A stretch of DNA of 64,000 bases, from NCBI GenBank assembly GCA_963809485.1, contig CAWEJX010000020.1, positions 672,001-736,000 of the forward strand. The letters are read 5' to 3'. This document shows positions 1 to 8,988 of the stretch, in pieces; positions within the stretch are counted from its first letter, which is position 1; each line of letters opens with the position of its first letter. The stretch is from an uncultured Acidobacteriota bacterium (GTDB lineage Bacteria > Acidobacteriota > UBA6911). The translations under genes and the position numbers were made by a program. The notes beneath the pieces are model-generated. The model was not told the origin of the DNA, ran no database searches, and saw only the letters and a program-made list of their open reading frames with translations.

Positions 1-2
1 TG

Positions 3-695
3 GCAGGCAGCTTGGACTCGCGGTTTCCAGCCTCGCCTCACTCCCATGATCCGGCCCGTATTTCAGACTGGTCTGTCGAACCGCTGCAGTACGGAAAGTT
101 TCTTTGCGCGGTATTTGACGATTGGGTGCGCCATGATGTCGGGAAGGTGTTTGTCCAGCTCTTTGACGTGACACTGGAAGCCTGGGTTGGCCGGGAGCCC
201 GGCGTTTGCGTATTTCAGCGCACCTGCGGATCTGCCCTGGTAATCGAACACAACGGCGATATCTATTCCTGCGACCATTACGTCTATCCCGAAAACAGGC
301 TGGGAAACCTCATGGACCAGCCCCTCGGGTCCATGCTCAATTCTCCGGCTCAGACGCAATTCGGCCGGAACAAACTGGAACGGCTGCCTCGTCGATGCCT
401 GGAGTGCGGCGTCCGCTTTGCCTGTAACGGCGAGTGCCCGAAACATCGTTTTGTATCAACGCCCGACGGCGAAAGCAACCTGAATTATCTCTGTCCCGCC
501 TACAAGCTGTTTTTCACACGCGTCAATCCCTGCATGGAATTCATGGCTGCGGAACTGCGCGCGCAGCGGCCTCCCTCAAATGTCATGGCGTGGATCAAGG
601 AAGGCCGCGCAGGCGGTCAAAAAAAGCCGGGAAGAAACGATCCCTGCCCGTGCGGTAGCGGTCTCAAATACAAGCGCTGCTGTGGAAAAAATTGA
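3..695 (+). CDS. Anaerobic sulfatase maturase (radical SAM, SPASM domain) with C-terminal SEC-C motif; 5'-truncated by window edge
   Basis: SPASM cysteine pattern CVFQRTCG...YSCDHYV...CLEC...CNGECPK...LCPAY; C-terminal [18 protein letters not shown] (SEC-C); frame open to the window start. Confidence 0.9.
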   Translation, partial: AGSLDSRFPASPHSHDPARISDWSVEPLQYGKFLCAVFDDWVRHDVGKVFVQLFDVTLEAWVGREPGVCVFQRTCGSALVIEHNGDIYSCDHYVYPENRLGNLMDQPLGSMLNSPAQTQFGRNKLERLPRRCLECGVRFACNGECPKHRFVSTPDGESNLNYLCPAYKLFFTRVNPCMEFMAAELRAQRPPSNVMAWIKEGRAGGQKKPGRNDPCPCGSGLKYKRCCGKN

Positions 696-710
696 ACTCC
701 CTGGTCCTGC

Positions 711-790
711 GCCGCGGAAATGCGCGGACAATTGACATTTGTGTTTCTCTCAGCGTTCTTCCGCGCTCTTGTCGGCGTTTGTCCGCGTTA
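711..790. repeat. Short-period (about 9-11 nt) CGCGGA/TCAGCG/TCGGCG inverted repeat between convergent genes
   Basis: CGCGGAAATGCGCGGACA ... TCAGCGTTCTTCCGCGCTCTTGTCGGCGTTTGTCCGCGTT; same motif family at 20157, 27747, 48055 and inside the MITEs. Confidence 0.6.
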
Positions 791-816
791 AGCAAAAACA
801 AGATGCTCCGCCGGAG

Positions 817-2223
817 CTACTTCATCTCGTTGCCGTAATGGTCGGCCAGCTGGTCCGCGGTAAAGGTCGCCGAGGAAGCTTTGGGATCCTCGGGCAGCAT
901 GGTTGTATTCCATGATTCGTAGTCCGCTTTGAGTTGTGCGAATATCGCCGGCTGTTTCTGCTTTAGATTCGCTCTTTCAAGCGGGTCATCGACAACGTTA
1001 AACAGGAATTCGTTTTTGCCGATCTTCAGATACTTCATGTCCCCGTCGCGCACCGCGCGCTGCCCGGCATATTTGTAGCGCCAGAACAGCTTGCGCGGGA
1101 CGGGAGCCGCGTTCCGCGTGAGGACCGAAGCAAGACTGGTCCCGTCCGGGGCATAGCCAGGCTGCGGTGAAACGCCCGCTAGCTCGAGGAGCGTCGGCAT
1201 CCAATCCATTGAAATCGCCACCTGGCCGTTGGACTTGCCCGCACGAATGCGGCCAGGCCAGCGCACCAGCGCCGGGACTCTCAACCCGCCCTCCAGAAGC
1301 TCGGTTTTCTTGCCCGTGAAAGGCCAGGTGTCGGAAAAACGCTCGCCTCCATTGTCGCTGGTAAAAATCACGATGGTATTTTGGGCGATACCGGCCGATT
1401 CCAGTGCTTTCAGGACTCTGCCCACCTGCAAGTCCAGCTGTCCGACCATACGCGCGAACGTTTTTATGGATCCCCCATCCAGGTGGTAGATAGACCCGAG
1501 ATTGCGCGCCACTTCCTCATCCCCGGGCGCTTCCCAGGGCCAATGAGGAGCGGTGAAGTGCAGGCTCAGGAAGAAAGGCCGTTTGCCTTTCGCGTAGGTG
1601 CCGATAGCTTTCACTGCCTGATCCCCAAGGAGGTCCGTCAGATAGCCCTCGCGCTGGATTCTTTCATCGTCCTCCCAGAGATCCACAGGGATGTTTGCAC
1701 CGGTGCCGAACTTGTGCGTGAAGTAATCCACTCCCCCGCCCCGTATGCCCCAGAAATGGTCGTAGCCGCTCTTGAGCGGGCCGTAATTGGGCGGATTCCC
1801 CAGATGCCATTTTCCAATCAGGGTAGTTGCGTAGCCGGCCTTTTTCAGCATGGAAGGCAGCGTGGAGTGTTCGGGAGGAAGGCCGACATCTCTCACGCCG
1901 AGAGGTTCCTCCAAGCCAACGGGCAGCCGGTATTGATAGCGGCCCGTTATAAGAGCCGCACGAGTGGCGGAGCACACCGAAGAGTTTGCATACGCCTGGG
2001 TGAATTTCATGCCTCCGGCGGCGATCCGGTCGATGTTGGGAGTGCTGAAATCGCGCCGCCCGTAGCAGGAAAGGTCCGCATAGCCCAGATCGTCGGCCAT
2101 GATGAATACAATATTGGGGCGAGAACCTTTTGCCCCGGCCAGAGTGTTTCCCAGAGCCAGGACAAAAGGGGCTGCGGATGCTTTGAGCAAATTCCTTCGA
2201 GTCACGCAAGACATGTCGGCCAT
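817..2223 (-). CDS. Tat-exported formylglycine-dependent sulfatase (arylsulfatase A family)
   Basis: TRRNLLK Tat motif; RPNIVFIMADDLG; CSATRAALITGRY signature; GKWHLG; FTSDNG; RBS GAGGAGG before ATG at 2223. Confidence 0.92.
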   Translation of the reverse strand: MADMSCVTRRNLLKASAAPFVLALGNTLAGAKGSRPNIVFIMADDLGYADLSCYGRRDFSTPNIDRIAAGGMKFTQAYANSSVCSATRAALITGRYQYRLPVGLEEPLGVRDVGLPPEHSTLPSMLKKAGYATTLIGKWHLGNPPNYGPLKSGYDHFWGIRGGGVDYFTHKFGTGANIPVDLWEDDERIQREGYLTDLLGDQAVKAIGTYAKGKRPFFLSLHFTAPHWPWEAPGDEEVARNLGSIYHLDGGSIKTFARMVGQLDLQVGRVLKALESAGIAQNTIVIFTSDNGGERFSDTWPFTGKKTELLEGGLRVPALVRWPGRIRAGKSNGQVAISMDWMPTLLELAGVSPQPGYAPDGTSLASVLTRNAAPVPRKLFWRYKYAGQRAVRDGDMKYLKIGKNEFLFNVVDDPLERANLKQKQPAIFAQLKADYESWNTTMLPEDPKASSATFTADQLADHYGNEMK

Positions 2224-2233
2224 AATCACCTCC

Positions 2234-3058
2234 TCATCCCTTTTTGCCATCTGCCGGATTCCCATCCAAATCCCTGCCGTGAATCCAGCGGAACACGGCG
2301 TCCCGGCCTTCCTCGTCCGGTTTCCTTCTGCTGCGCAGACTATCCAGGCTGCTTTCCATGATCTGATAGACATCCTGTATGAGCTTGTGCTTTTCCCCCT
2401 TCACATACGATGAAAGATCGATAGGACTGCCAATTTTGATCCGTATGACGACGCCCGGATTTACCTGCAGCGTTTTGGGCATGATCACACGATAGCTGCC
2501 CTCGAGCGTAATCGGGATCAGGGGGACGCCCGTGCGCAGCGCGAGTGAAAAGGCCCCGCTGTGGAACTTTCCCAGTCCTCCCGTCCGGCTGCGGGTTCCC
2601 TCAGGGAAAGCAATGGCATTCACTCCACCCTGAATTACCCGCGCAGCCTCAATGATGCTCCGGGCGGCCTCGCGGGGATTTTCGCGGTCGATGGCAATGT
2701 ACCCGGACCGATTCATATGCCAGCCCATGAAAGGCACCCGGAAAAGGGACTTCTTGGCAATCCAGCGAAACTGGATGGGCAGGAATGCCGATAGCGAGAG
2801 AATGTCGTGCAATCCGCTGTGGTTGGCGACAAAAATCTGAGGACGGCCCCGGTCAATGTGTTCCAGGTCCTCGATTTCGACTCGGGCGCGGCTCAACCAA
2901 AGATTATCCCTGGACCACCGGCGCATGCAATAATGCTGAAGCCTGCCGCTGCCTGAAACCAGGCTGCCAAGCAGTGACACAGTTGCCCAGAACGCTGTGC
3001 TCAGACCGCATCCCGTCCAGCACCAGATGGTAAAAAGCCTGGCTTTGAATCGTTCCAT
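2234..3058 (-). CDS. plsC: 1-acyl-sn-glycerol-3-phosphate acyltransferase (LPLAT family)
   Basis: NHSGLHD (HX4D), IDR, FPEGTRS and VPLIP motifs. Confidence 0.88.
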   Translation of the reverse strand: MERFKARLFTIWCWTGCGLSTAFWATVSLLGSLVSGSGRLQHYCMRRWSRDNLWLSRARVEIEDLEHIDRGRPQIFVANHSGLHDILSLSAFLPIQFRWIAKKSLFRVPFMGWHMNRSGYIAIDRENPREAARSIIEAARVIQGGVNAIAFPEGTRSRTGGLGKFHSGAFSLALRTGVPLIPITLEGSYRVIMPKTLQVNPGVVIRIKIGSPIDLSSYVKGEKHKLIQDVYQIMESSLDSLRSRRKPDEEGRDAVFRWIHGRDLDGNPADGKKG

Positions 3059-3229
3059 TCTGAAGAATTTATCACAAGCGGACAGACCGGAACCTCAGAA
3101 AAAACGGATGATGACTGCAGGGATTTTGCGGATGAAATATATCCTTCCTGATGCAATGACCGCTGCTTCGATGAAACAGGAAGACTACCCGCTGTTCCCC
3201 ATAAATATTTCGACAATTCCGCAGCGTAA

Positions 3230-3604
3230 GTCAGGCACCTCCGGCAAAGCCGGAGGCTTGAAAGATTGGAACCGCTCAAAGCGGTTGGAGGAGTTTCGCC
3301 GGTCTTGAACGCTGACTTACGCGGGCAAAAGTCGATGAGGCGCTTCCGATCCCCGCAGGGGCCAGCGCTCCGCGCTGGACAGTTTTCTGCGGCGGCACTG
3401 TGGCACGCGCCGTGCGGCAAGGAGATGAAGGATATGAGAAACCGGGCGTTTGCCACAGGGCCGCCGCAGAAAACTCCATCGGAAGCGCCTCATCGGCTTT
3501 TGCTCGCCGACCCTCGCCGAACCATCGGCGTTTCTCAGCGTTTCAAAATACGGAGCTGTCAAACTCTTTGAGTCCCCCGGCAGAGCCGTGGGTTTACCAA
3601 TGGA
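3230..3604 (-). mobile_element. Non-autonomous IS200/IS605-type miniature element (MITE/PATE), copy 1
   Basis: Near-identical to 35528-35925; subterminal hairpins CCTCCGGC-AAA-GCCGGAGG and CCCCCGGC-AGA-GCCGTGGG; ends at TGAC and follows TAAT on the minus strand; no TIR or TSD; no transposase. Confidence 0.8.
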
Positions 3605-3605
3605 A

Positions 3606-5024
3606 TTATTTGGGCACGATCCCGCCCCGGCTTGCGCGTTTTCGAACGTTCCAGAAGTAGAAGACCGGCATGCCCGTCATCACAATGATGAGGCCCGGCC
3701 ATGTATATTTTGGCTTTACCCAGAGGAGGTCCAGCATCACCAGTGATGCCATGATGATGTATATCCCGGGCAGCACCGGGTAGCCGAACGCTTTATAGGG
3801 CCGATCCAGGTCCGGCCGCTTCCTGCGCAGGACAAAGAGCCCGCATACCGTGAGAACATAAAACAGCAGTGCGGCGAAAATTACGTAATCCAGAAGATCG
3901 CTGTACGTGCCGCTGAGCACCAAAAGCGACGCCCAGACGGCCTGGAAAATGAGGGAAAAAACCGGAGTATGGGTTTTGGGTGAGATCCTTGCGGCCCGCT
4001 CGAAAAAAAGCCCGTCCGCCGCCATCGCGTAATAAACACGGGCGCCGGCCAGGATAAGGCCGTTCGCACATCCAAACGTTGAAACCAGAATGGCCAGATT
4101 GATGAAAGTCAATCCCCAGGGGCCCATCAGGCCCTGGGCGGCCAGCGTGCCCACACGGTCTTCAGGCGCCGATGCAATGGCGGCCAGAGGCAAAACTTTC
4201 AGGTAGACTATATTGGTGCAGATAAATATCAGGGATACAGCCGCCGTCCCGACAAACAACGACAAGGGCAGGTTTCGCTTCGGATTTACAACCTCACTGC
4301 CGGTGAAAGTAACATTGTTCCAGGCATCCGAGGAAAACAGCGAACCGACGAGCGTGCCGCCAAAAAGAGCGAGTATCGACAGGCTGATCGAACCGGGAAA
4401 CAAGGAACCGAAATTCCCCCGGACTGCCTCCGGATTTCCGGGGAGCATCAGCCCCAGAATTACGAGCACCAGCAATCCCCCCACCTTCGCGCTGGTGAAG
4501 ATGTTTTGCACGGTCGCGCCTTCCCGCAATCCCAGGCAATTCACCCAGGTGAGCAGGGCAACGACCAAAATTGCCGTGCAATGCTGGCTGGAGATTTGAA
4601 AGCCGAAGGGAAGGATCAAAATTATATTGGATGCGGACACCCAGGGCACAAAAATGCCTGTGAATTTTGCGAAGGCCACTACGACAGCCGCTATCGTGCC
4701 GGTTTGAATGACCAGGAACAGCGTCCAGCCGTACAGGAAACCAAACAGAGGGCCGAAGGCTTCACGGAGAAACACATATTGCCCGCCTGCCCGGGGCATC
4801 GCCGCCGCCAACTCTCCGTAACACAGCGCCGCCATCACGGTCATTACGGCGGCAACTACCCAGGACAGAAGCAGCAATCCGGGCGACATGGTCGTACGCG
4901 CCATATCCGCCGATACGATAAATATGCCGGATCCGATCATGCCGCCCGCGATGATGGCGATCGCATCAAAGAGCTTGAGCCCCTGCACGAGCTGGCCGGC
5001 TTCGCCGGTGTTACCGTCAGACAT
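3606..5024 (-). CDS. APC-family amino acid permease
   Basis: GGMIGSGIF, YGELAAAMPRAGGQYVFL, RPYKAFGYP; about 12 TM segments. Confidence 0.93.
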   Translation of the reverse strand: MSDGNTGEAGQLVQGLKLFDAIAIIAGGMIGSGIFIVSADMARTTMSPGLLLLSWVVAAVMTVMAALCYGELAAAMPRAGGQYVFLREAFGPLFGFLYGWTLFLVIQTGTIAAVVVAFAKFTGIFVPWVSASNIILILPFGFQISSQHCTAILVVALLTWVNCLGLREGATVQNIFTSAKVGGLLVLVILGLMLPGNPEAVRGNFGSLFPGSISLSILALFGGTLVGSLFSSDAWNNVTFTGSEVVNPKRNLPLSLFVGTAAVSLIFICTNIVYLKVLPLAAIASAPEDRVGTLAAQGLMGPWGLTFINLAILVSTFGCANGLILAGARVYYAMAADGLFFERAARISPKTHTPVFSLIFQAVWASLLVLSGTYSDLLDYVIFAALLFYVLTVCGLFVLRRKRPDLDRPYKAFGYPVLPGIYIIMASLVMLDLLWVKPKYTWPGLIIVMTGMPVFYFWNVRKRASRGGIVPK

Positions 5025-5132
5025 GAATTTGTCCCCTGAATGTACCGCGGTTCATCACCCGTGATCCGCGATATAAACGCGCAGTTCGTTGGGCAAATTT
5101 CTTAATTTGCCGCCGTTGCGTTACCCCGTTCT

Positions 5133-5339
5133 TTATTGCTCGATTTTAAAGCCGACCTTAAGGACGACCTGATACTCCACGACCTTCGCGTCTTTGACAT
5201 GGCCGCGCTGTTCAATGACCTCGAACCAGTCCATGTGGCGCACGGTTTTGGAGGCCTCCGCGATCGCGGATTGAACCGCTTCGGAAAATCCGGCCGGCGA
5301 GGTCCCAACGATTTCAATTTTCTTATAGGTTCCGGGCAT
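5133..5339 (-). CDS. Dodecin (flavin-binding)
   Basis: YKKIEIVGTS...AIAEASKTVRHMDWFEV...YQVVLKVGF; RBS GGAG. Confidence 0.92.
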   Translation of the reverse strand: MPGTYKKIEIVGTSPAGFSEAVQSAIAEASKTVRHMDWFEVIEQRGHVKDAKVVEYQVVLKVGFKIEQ

Positions 5340-5443
5340 GGGTATATCTCCTTGAATTGTGCCCATCATAAGCGAAAAGGGTGACAGGCGGCAATTATTC
5401 AGTATATAAAATAAGGAGATGGGTGCCAGGCACCGATTTCCCT

Positions 5444-6631
5444 ATGGAACTGATGCCGCGAAGTGAGGCCGAACATCGATTACGGCAGATCCAGGAGCGA
5501 ATGCAGGAATCCTCTGTGGACGCTGCCTTCATCCTGCAGAATGCGGACCTGTACTATTTTTCCGGGACAATTCAACGCGGCCTGCTCTGCCTTCCCCGTG
5601 AAGGGAAACCTTTGTACCTCGTGAACAAAAGCCTGAGCCGGGCCAGGTCGGAAGCCGCCTGGGACGATATTTTACCCATGCCCAGGCTGGAGGACGCCCC
5701 GCGCATCATGGAAACGGCCGGGATCAGCCGCCTTGGACGGGTGGGACTCGAAATGGATGTCCTGCCGGCAGCCCATTATTTCCGGCTGGCAAAGATGTTT
5801 CCCGGCACAGAATTCCTAGACATATCAAGCGATATAAGAAATATCCGGAGGATCAAGTCGTCCTATGAAGTCGGCCAGATCCGGAATGCCGCGCGGATGA
5901 TCCTTCATGCATGGAAGGAGCTGCCCACCTGGATACGCCCCGGCGTTTCCGAGCTTGAAGTGCTGGCCCGGATGGAGCAGTTTCTGCGTCTTCACGGGCA
6001 CCAGGGAATCCAGCGCACGCGCGGCTTTAACTTCGAGGTTGGCTACGGCGCATTTTCAGCAGGCGCCAGCGCCTGTTTCCCGACCTCCTTCCCGGGCGCC
6101 ACGGGATTCATGGGTTTATACCCGGCGATCTCCAATACGGGCAGCGAACACCGCCTGAAGCCGGGCGAACCTTTGCTGGTCGACATCTCCGGCGGCTACG
6201 GCGGCTACCTGGCGGACGCCGCGCGCACCTTCGTCCTGGGCGATCTCGAGCCCGATATGCGAAAAGCTCATGAGTTTATGATGGTGCTGAATGACGGGAT
6301 TGAATCGATGCTGATGCCCGGCGTCCAATGCCGTGAAATCTGCGAGCATGCTTTCAGGAAGGCGGAAGCCGGTCTGACCGCAGGCGCTTTCATGGGGACA
6401 GGCGACAACCATCTGCGCTATATCGGGCACGGCGTTGGATTGGAGTTGGACGAACTGCCGGTTCTGGCGTCCGGAAGCAACGCAATTCTGGAACCCGGCA
6501 TGACCCTGGCCATCGAACCCAAGGTTTTTTTCCCCGATCGCGGAGGGGTTGGGATCGAGAATATGTACCTGATCACGGAAACCGGATTCGAAAAGCTCAC
6601 TCCCTACAGCGAGGATGTGATCCTTATTTAA
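5444..6631 (+). CDS. Xaa-Pro peptidase, M24 family
   Basis: Creatinase-like N-terminus (DLYYFSG); metal ligands VD..., ADAART, GHGVG, IEPK, GIEN. Confidence 0.9.
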   Translation: MELMPRSEAEHRLRQIQERMQESSVDAAFILQNADLYYFSGTIQRGLLCLPREGKPLYLVNKSLSRARSEAAWDDILPMPRLEDAPRIMETAGISRLGRVGLEMDVLPAAHYFRLAKMFPGTEFLDISSDIRNIRRIKSSYEVGQIRNAARMILHAWKELPTWIRPGVSELEVLARMEQFLRLHGHQGIQRTRGFNFEVGYGAFSAGASACFPTSFPGATGFMGLYPAISNTGSEHRLKPGEPLLVDISGGYGGYLADAARTFVLGDLEPDMRKAHEFMMVLNDGIESMLMPGVQCREICEHAFRKAEAGLTAGAFMGTGDNHLRYIGHGVGLELDELPVLASGSNAILEPGMTLAIEPKVFFPDRGGVGIENMYLITETGFEKLTPYSEDVILI

Positions 6632-6685
6632 GGTTCTGCATTGGGAATCGCCGAATATATTTTTCAGGGCTCCTCGGAGCTTTTG

Positions 6686-7171
6686 TCAGCGCAATTCCGC
6701 GCTGCCTGTGCCTGAAGTCTCCCGCCGTTTTTTTTCGGCTTTCTCCAGCCAGCCCCGACGCGTTTTTTCGATGGGAACGCTCGAGGTGTAGGGCTTGATG
6801 TCAAGCACAGGCGTGCCGTCCAGCATGTCAATTCCTTTCAGGTGAAGCGAGGCTCCCTCCCGCCGAACGAGTTCGACGGTGGAGAGTCCTATGGCATTGG
6901 GACGCCGCGGAGACCGGGTGGCGAAAACTCCGTGGACCAGTCCGTCGGTAGGATTTATCCCCACAAGCTCGAAGTCCCGCGACTTGTGAAAAACCCAGAT
7001 AATCATCAAGTGAGAGAATCCCTCAATATCCTGAAGACCTGCCTCAAATTCAGGCAGAACCTCAAGAACCCCCTCCATCGTGTGGGTCGTACCGAGGCCT
7101 TTGGGCACTTCCTGAGTATCTTTGTAGGGGCTGCGTATATATCCGATCGGCTGCATTTTCCATTCTTTCAT
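6686..7171 (-). CDS. trmO: tRNA t6A37 N6-methyltransferase TrmO/TsaA
   Basis: PIGYIRSPY, GVFATRSPRRPNAIGLS, DMLDGTPVLDIKPY. Confidence 0.9.
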   Translation of the reverse strand: MKEWKMQPIGYIRSPYKDTQEVPKGLGTTHTMEGVLEVLPEFEAGLQDIEGFSHLMIIWVFHKSRDFELVGINPTDGLVHGVFATRSPRRPNAIGLSTVELVRREGASLHLKGIDMLDGTPVLDIKPYTSSVPIEKTRRGWLEKAEKKRRETSGTGSAELR

Positions 7172-7246
7172 GCTCCTGTTTTAGCAAAACAGGGCCACCG
7201 ATTGCACGCCTAATCGGCGGAACTGGCTGCGCTTATCCGGCAACGG

Positions 7247-7275
7247 TTGAAATGGGCGGTTGGATTCCCTATGAT
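7247..7275 (+). promoter_or_regulatory. Putative sigma70 promoter of top6B-top6A
   Basis: TTGAAA-17 nt-TATGAT, about 35 nt upstream of the top6B ATG. Confidence 0.55.
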
Positions 7276-7310
7276 GTGCCTTTTGAAAAACATCAGGAGT
7301 ATCAGCAGCC

Positions 7311-8930
7311 ATGCCATTGCCAGCCAGGGCGGAGCAGATCCGGGTTCATGAAAAGCCAAACAAGCGCGAGACTGCCGAATCTATGGCCGCGCGCCAGCGA
7401 GAGATCTCGATTTCCGAATTTTTCAGCAAAAACCGACACCTTCTCGGATTCGACAACCCTCAGAAAGCCCTCCTGACGGCTGTCAAGGAAGCGGTGGACA
7501 ACTCCCTGGACGCCTGCGAAGAGGCAGGGATCCTTCCGGTTCTCAAAGTGGATATCCAGCAGTTGGCCGAAGACCGCTTTCGAATAGCCGTTGAAGACAA
7601 CGGCCCCGGCATTGTGAAAGCTCAGATACCCAAGATATTCGGAAAACTCCTGTATGGATCGAAATTTCACACCCTGAAACAGGCAAGGGGGCAGCAAGGC
7701 ATAGGAATTTCGGCGGCAGGCATGTACGGCCTTCTGACCACCGGGAAATCGATCGCGGTGACTTCGCGCACCGGGCCGGATAAGCCGGCTCACTACTATG
7801 AAATCCAGATAGACACGCGCAAGAATGCACCGCAAATCATCACGGACAAGGTGGTCGAATGGGAGCCGGTACACGGAACCAGGGTCGAAATCGAGTTGAT
7901 CGGGACCTATAAAAAAGGCCGTCACTCCGTGGACGACTACATCCGCCAGACAGCCATTGCCAATCCCCACTGCGAGATTTTCTACACCGTTCCGGACTCG
8001 GAACAGCCCCTGCGCCTGCAGAGAGGCTCCAATCTGCTTCCTCCCGAGCCGCGGGAGATCAAGCCCCACCCTTATGGCGTCGAACTCGGGGTGCTCATAA
8101 GGATGATGAAAGAAACTCCGGCCCGGCAGCTCAGCGCTGCGCTGCAGAGGGATTTCTCGCGCGTAAGCAGCCGCGTGGCGATGGAGATCTGCAAAGCGGC
8201 CGCTTTGAGTCCCGGCGCGAACCCGCACACCATTGTGGTGAACGAGGCGGAGAGGCTTTATAAGGCGATCAACGGCGTGAAAATCATGAGTCCCGCCACA
8301 AATTGCCTGTCGCCCATCGGGGAAGAACAGATACTGTCGGGGCTTAAAAAAGAAATCGAGGCATCGTTTTACGTCGCCATCACAAGGGCGCCCGCGGTAT
8401 ATCGTGGAAACCCATTTCAGGTGGAGGTCGGTTTGGCCTATGGAGGCAGCCTGCCCGGTGATGAACTGGTCGATCTCCTTCGATTCGCGAACCGCGTGCC
8501 GCTTCAATATCAGCAATCGGGCTGCGCCATCACCAAAGCCGTGCTCGGGATAGACTGGCGCAGTTACGGGCTTTCTCAGTCCAAAGGCGCCTTGCCCATG
8601 GGGCCGGTTGCTTTGTTCGTGCATATCGCATCTGCCTGGGTGCCCTTTACATCGGAGAGCAAAGAAGCCGTCGCGGCATACCCGGAAATTATGCGCGAGC
8701 TCCGGCTCGCCCTGCAGGATTGCGGGCGCAGGCTGTCAACTCACATCCGGGCGCACCGCCGCGAAGTGGACGAAGAGAAGAAAAAATCGTACATCGAAAA
8801 ATATATTCCGCACATCGGGATTGCCCTGCGCGAAATCCTGGGGCTCACCGAAAAGGCGGAAAAAGAGCTGGTTATAACACTCAAACACATACTCGAACGT
8901 AGTCGGTCCAGGGATGCTATTGAGGATTGA
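7311..8930 (+). CDS. top6B: DNA topoisomerase VI subunit B
   Basis: [17 protein letters not shown]; GHKL motifs [22 protein letters not shown]...RGQQGIG; H2TH region; RFANRVPL and VPFTSESKE transducer motifs. Confidence 0.95.
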   Translation: MPLPARAEQIRVHEKPNKRETAESMAARQREISISEFFSKNRHLLGFDNPQKALLTAVKEAVDNSLDACEEAGILPVLKVDIQQLAEDRFRIAVEDNGPGIVKAQIPKIFGKLLYGSKFHTLKQARGQQGIGISAAGMYGLLTTGKSIAVTSRTGPDKPAHYYEIQIDTRKNAPQIITDKVVEWEPVHGTRVEIELIGTYKKGRHSVDDYIRQTAIANPHCEIFYTVPDSEQPLRLQRGSNLLPPEPREIKPHPYGVELGVLIRMMKETPARQLSAALQRDFSRVSSRVAMEICKAAALSPGANPHTIVVNEAERLYKAINGVKIMSPATNCLSPIGEEQILSGLKKEIEASFYVAITRAPAVYRGNPFQVEVGLAYGGSLPGDELVDLLRFANRVPLQYQQSGCAITKAVLGIDWRSYGLSQSKGALPMGPVALFVHIASAWVPFTSESKEAVAAYPEIMRELRLALQDCGRRLSTHIRAHRREVDEEKKKSYIEKYIPHIGIALREILGLTEKAEKELVITLKHILERSRSRDAIED

Positions 8931-8988
8931 CGATTGCGGGAAACCGGCGGGAACGAACGCCAGGAATTTGGCTTTGGGAGATTGACTG

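Noticed and set aside
3266-3746. ORFs of 60-150 aa duplicated at 3.0-3.7 kb and 35.4-35.9 kb
   Set aside because: They are translations of the palindromic MITE, open in several frames, with no HUH/Y1 or other protein motif
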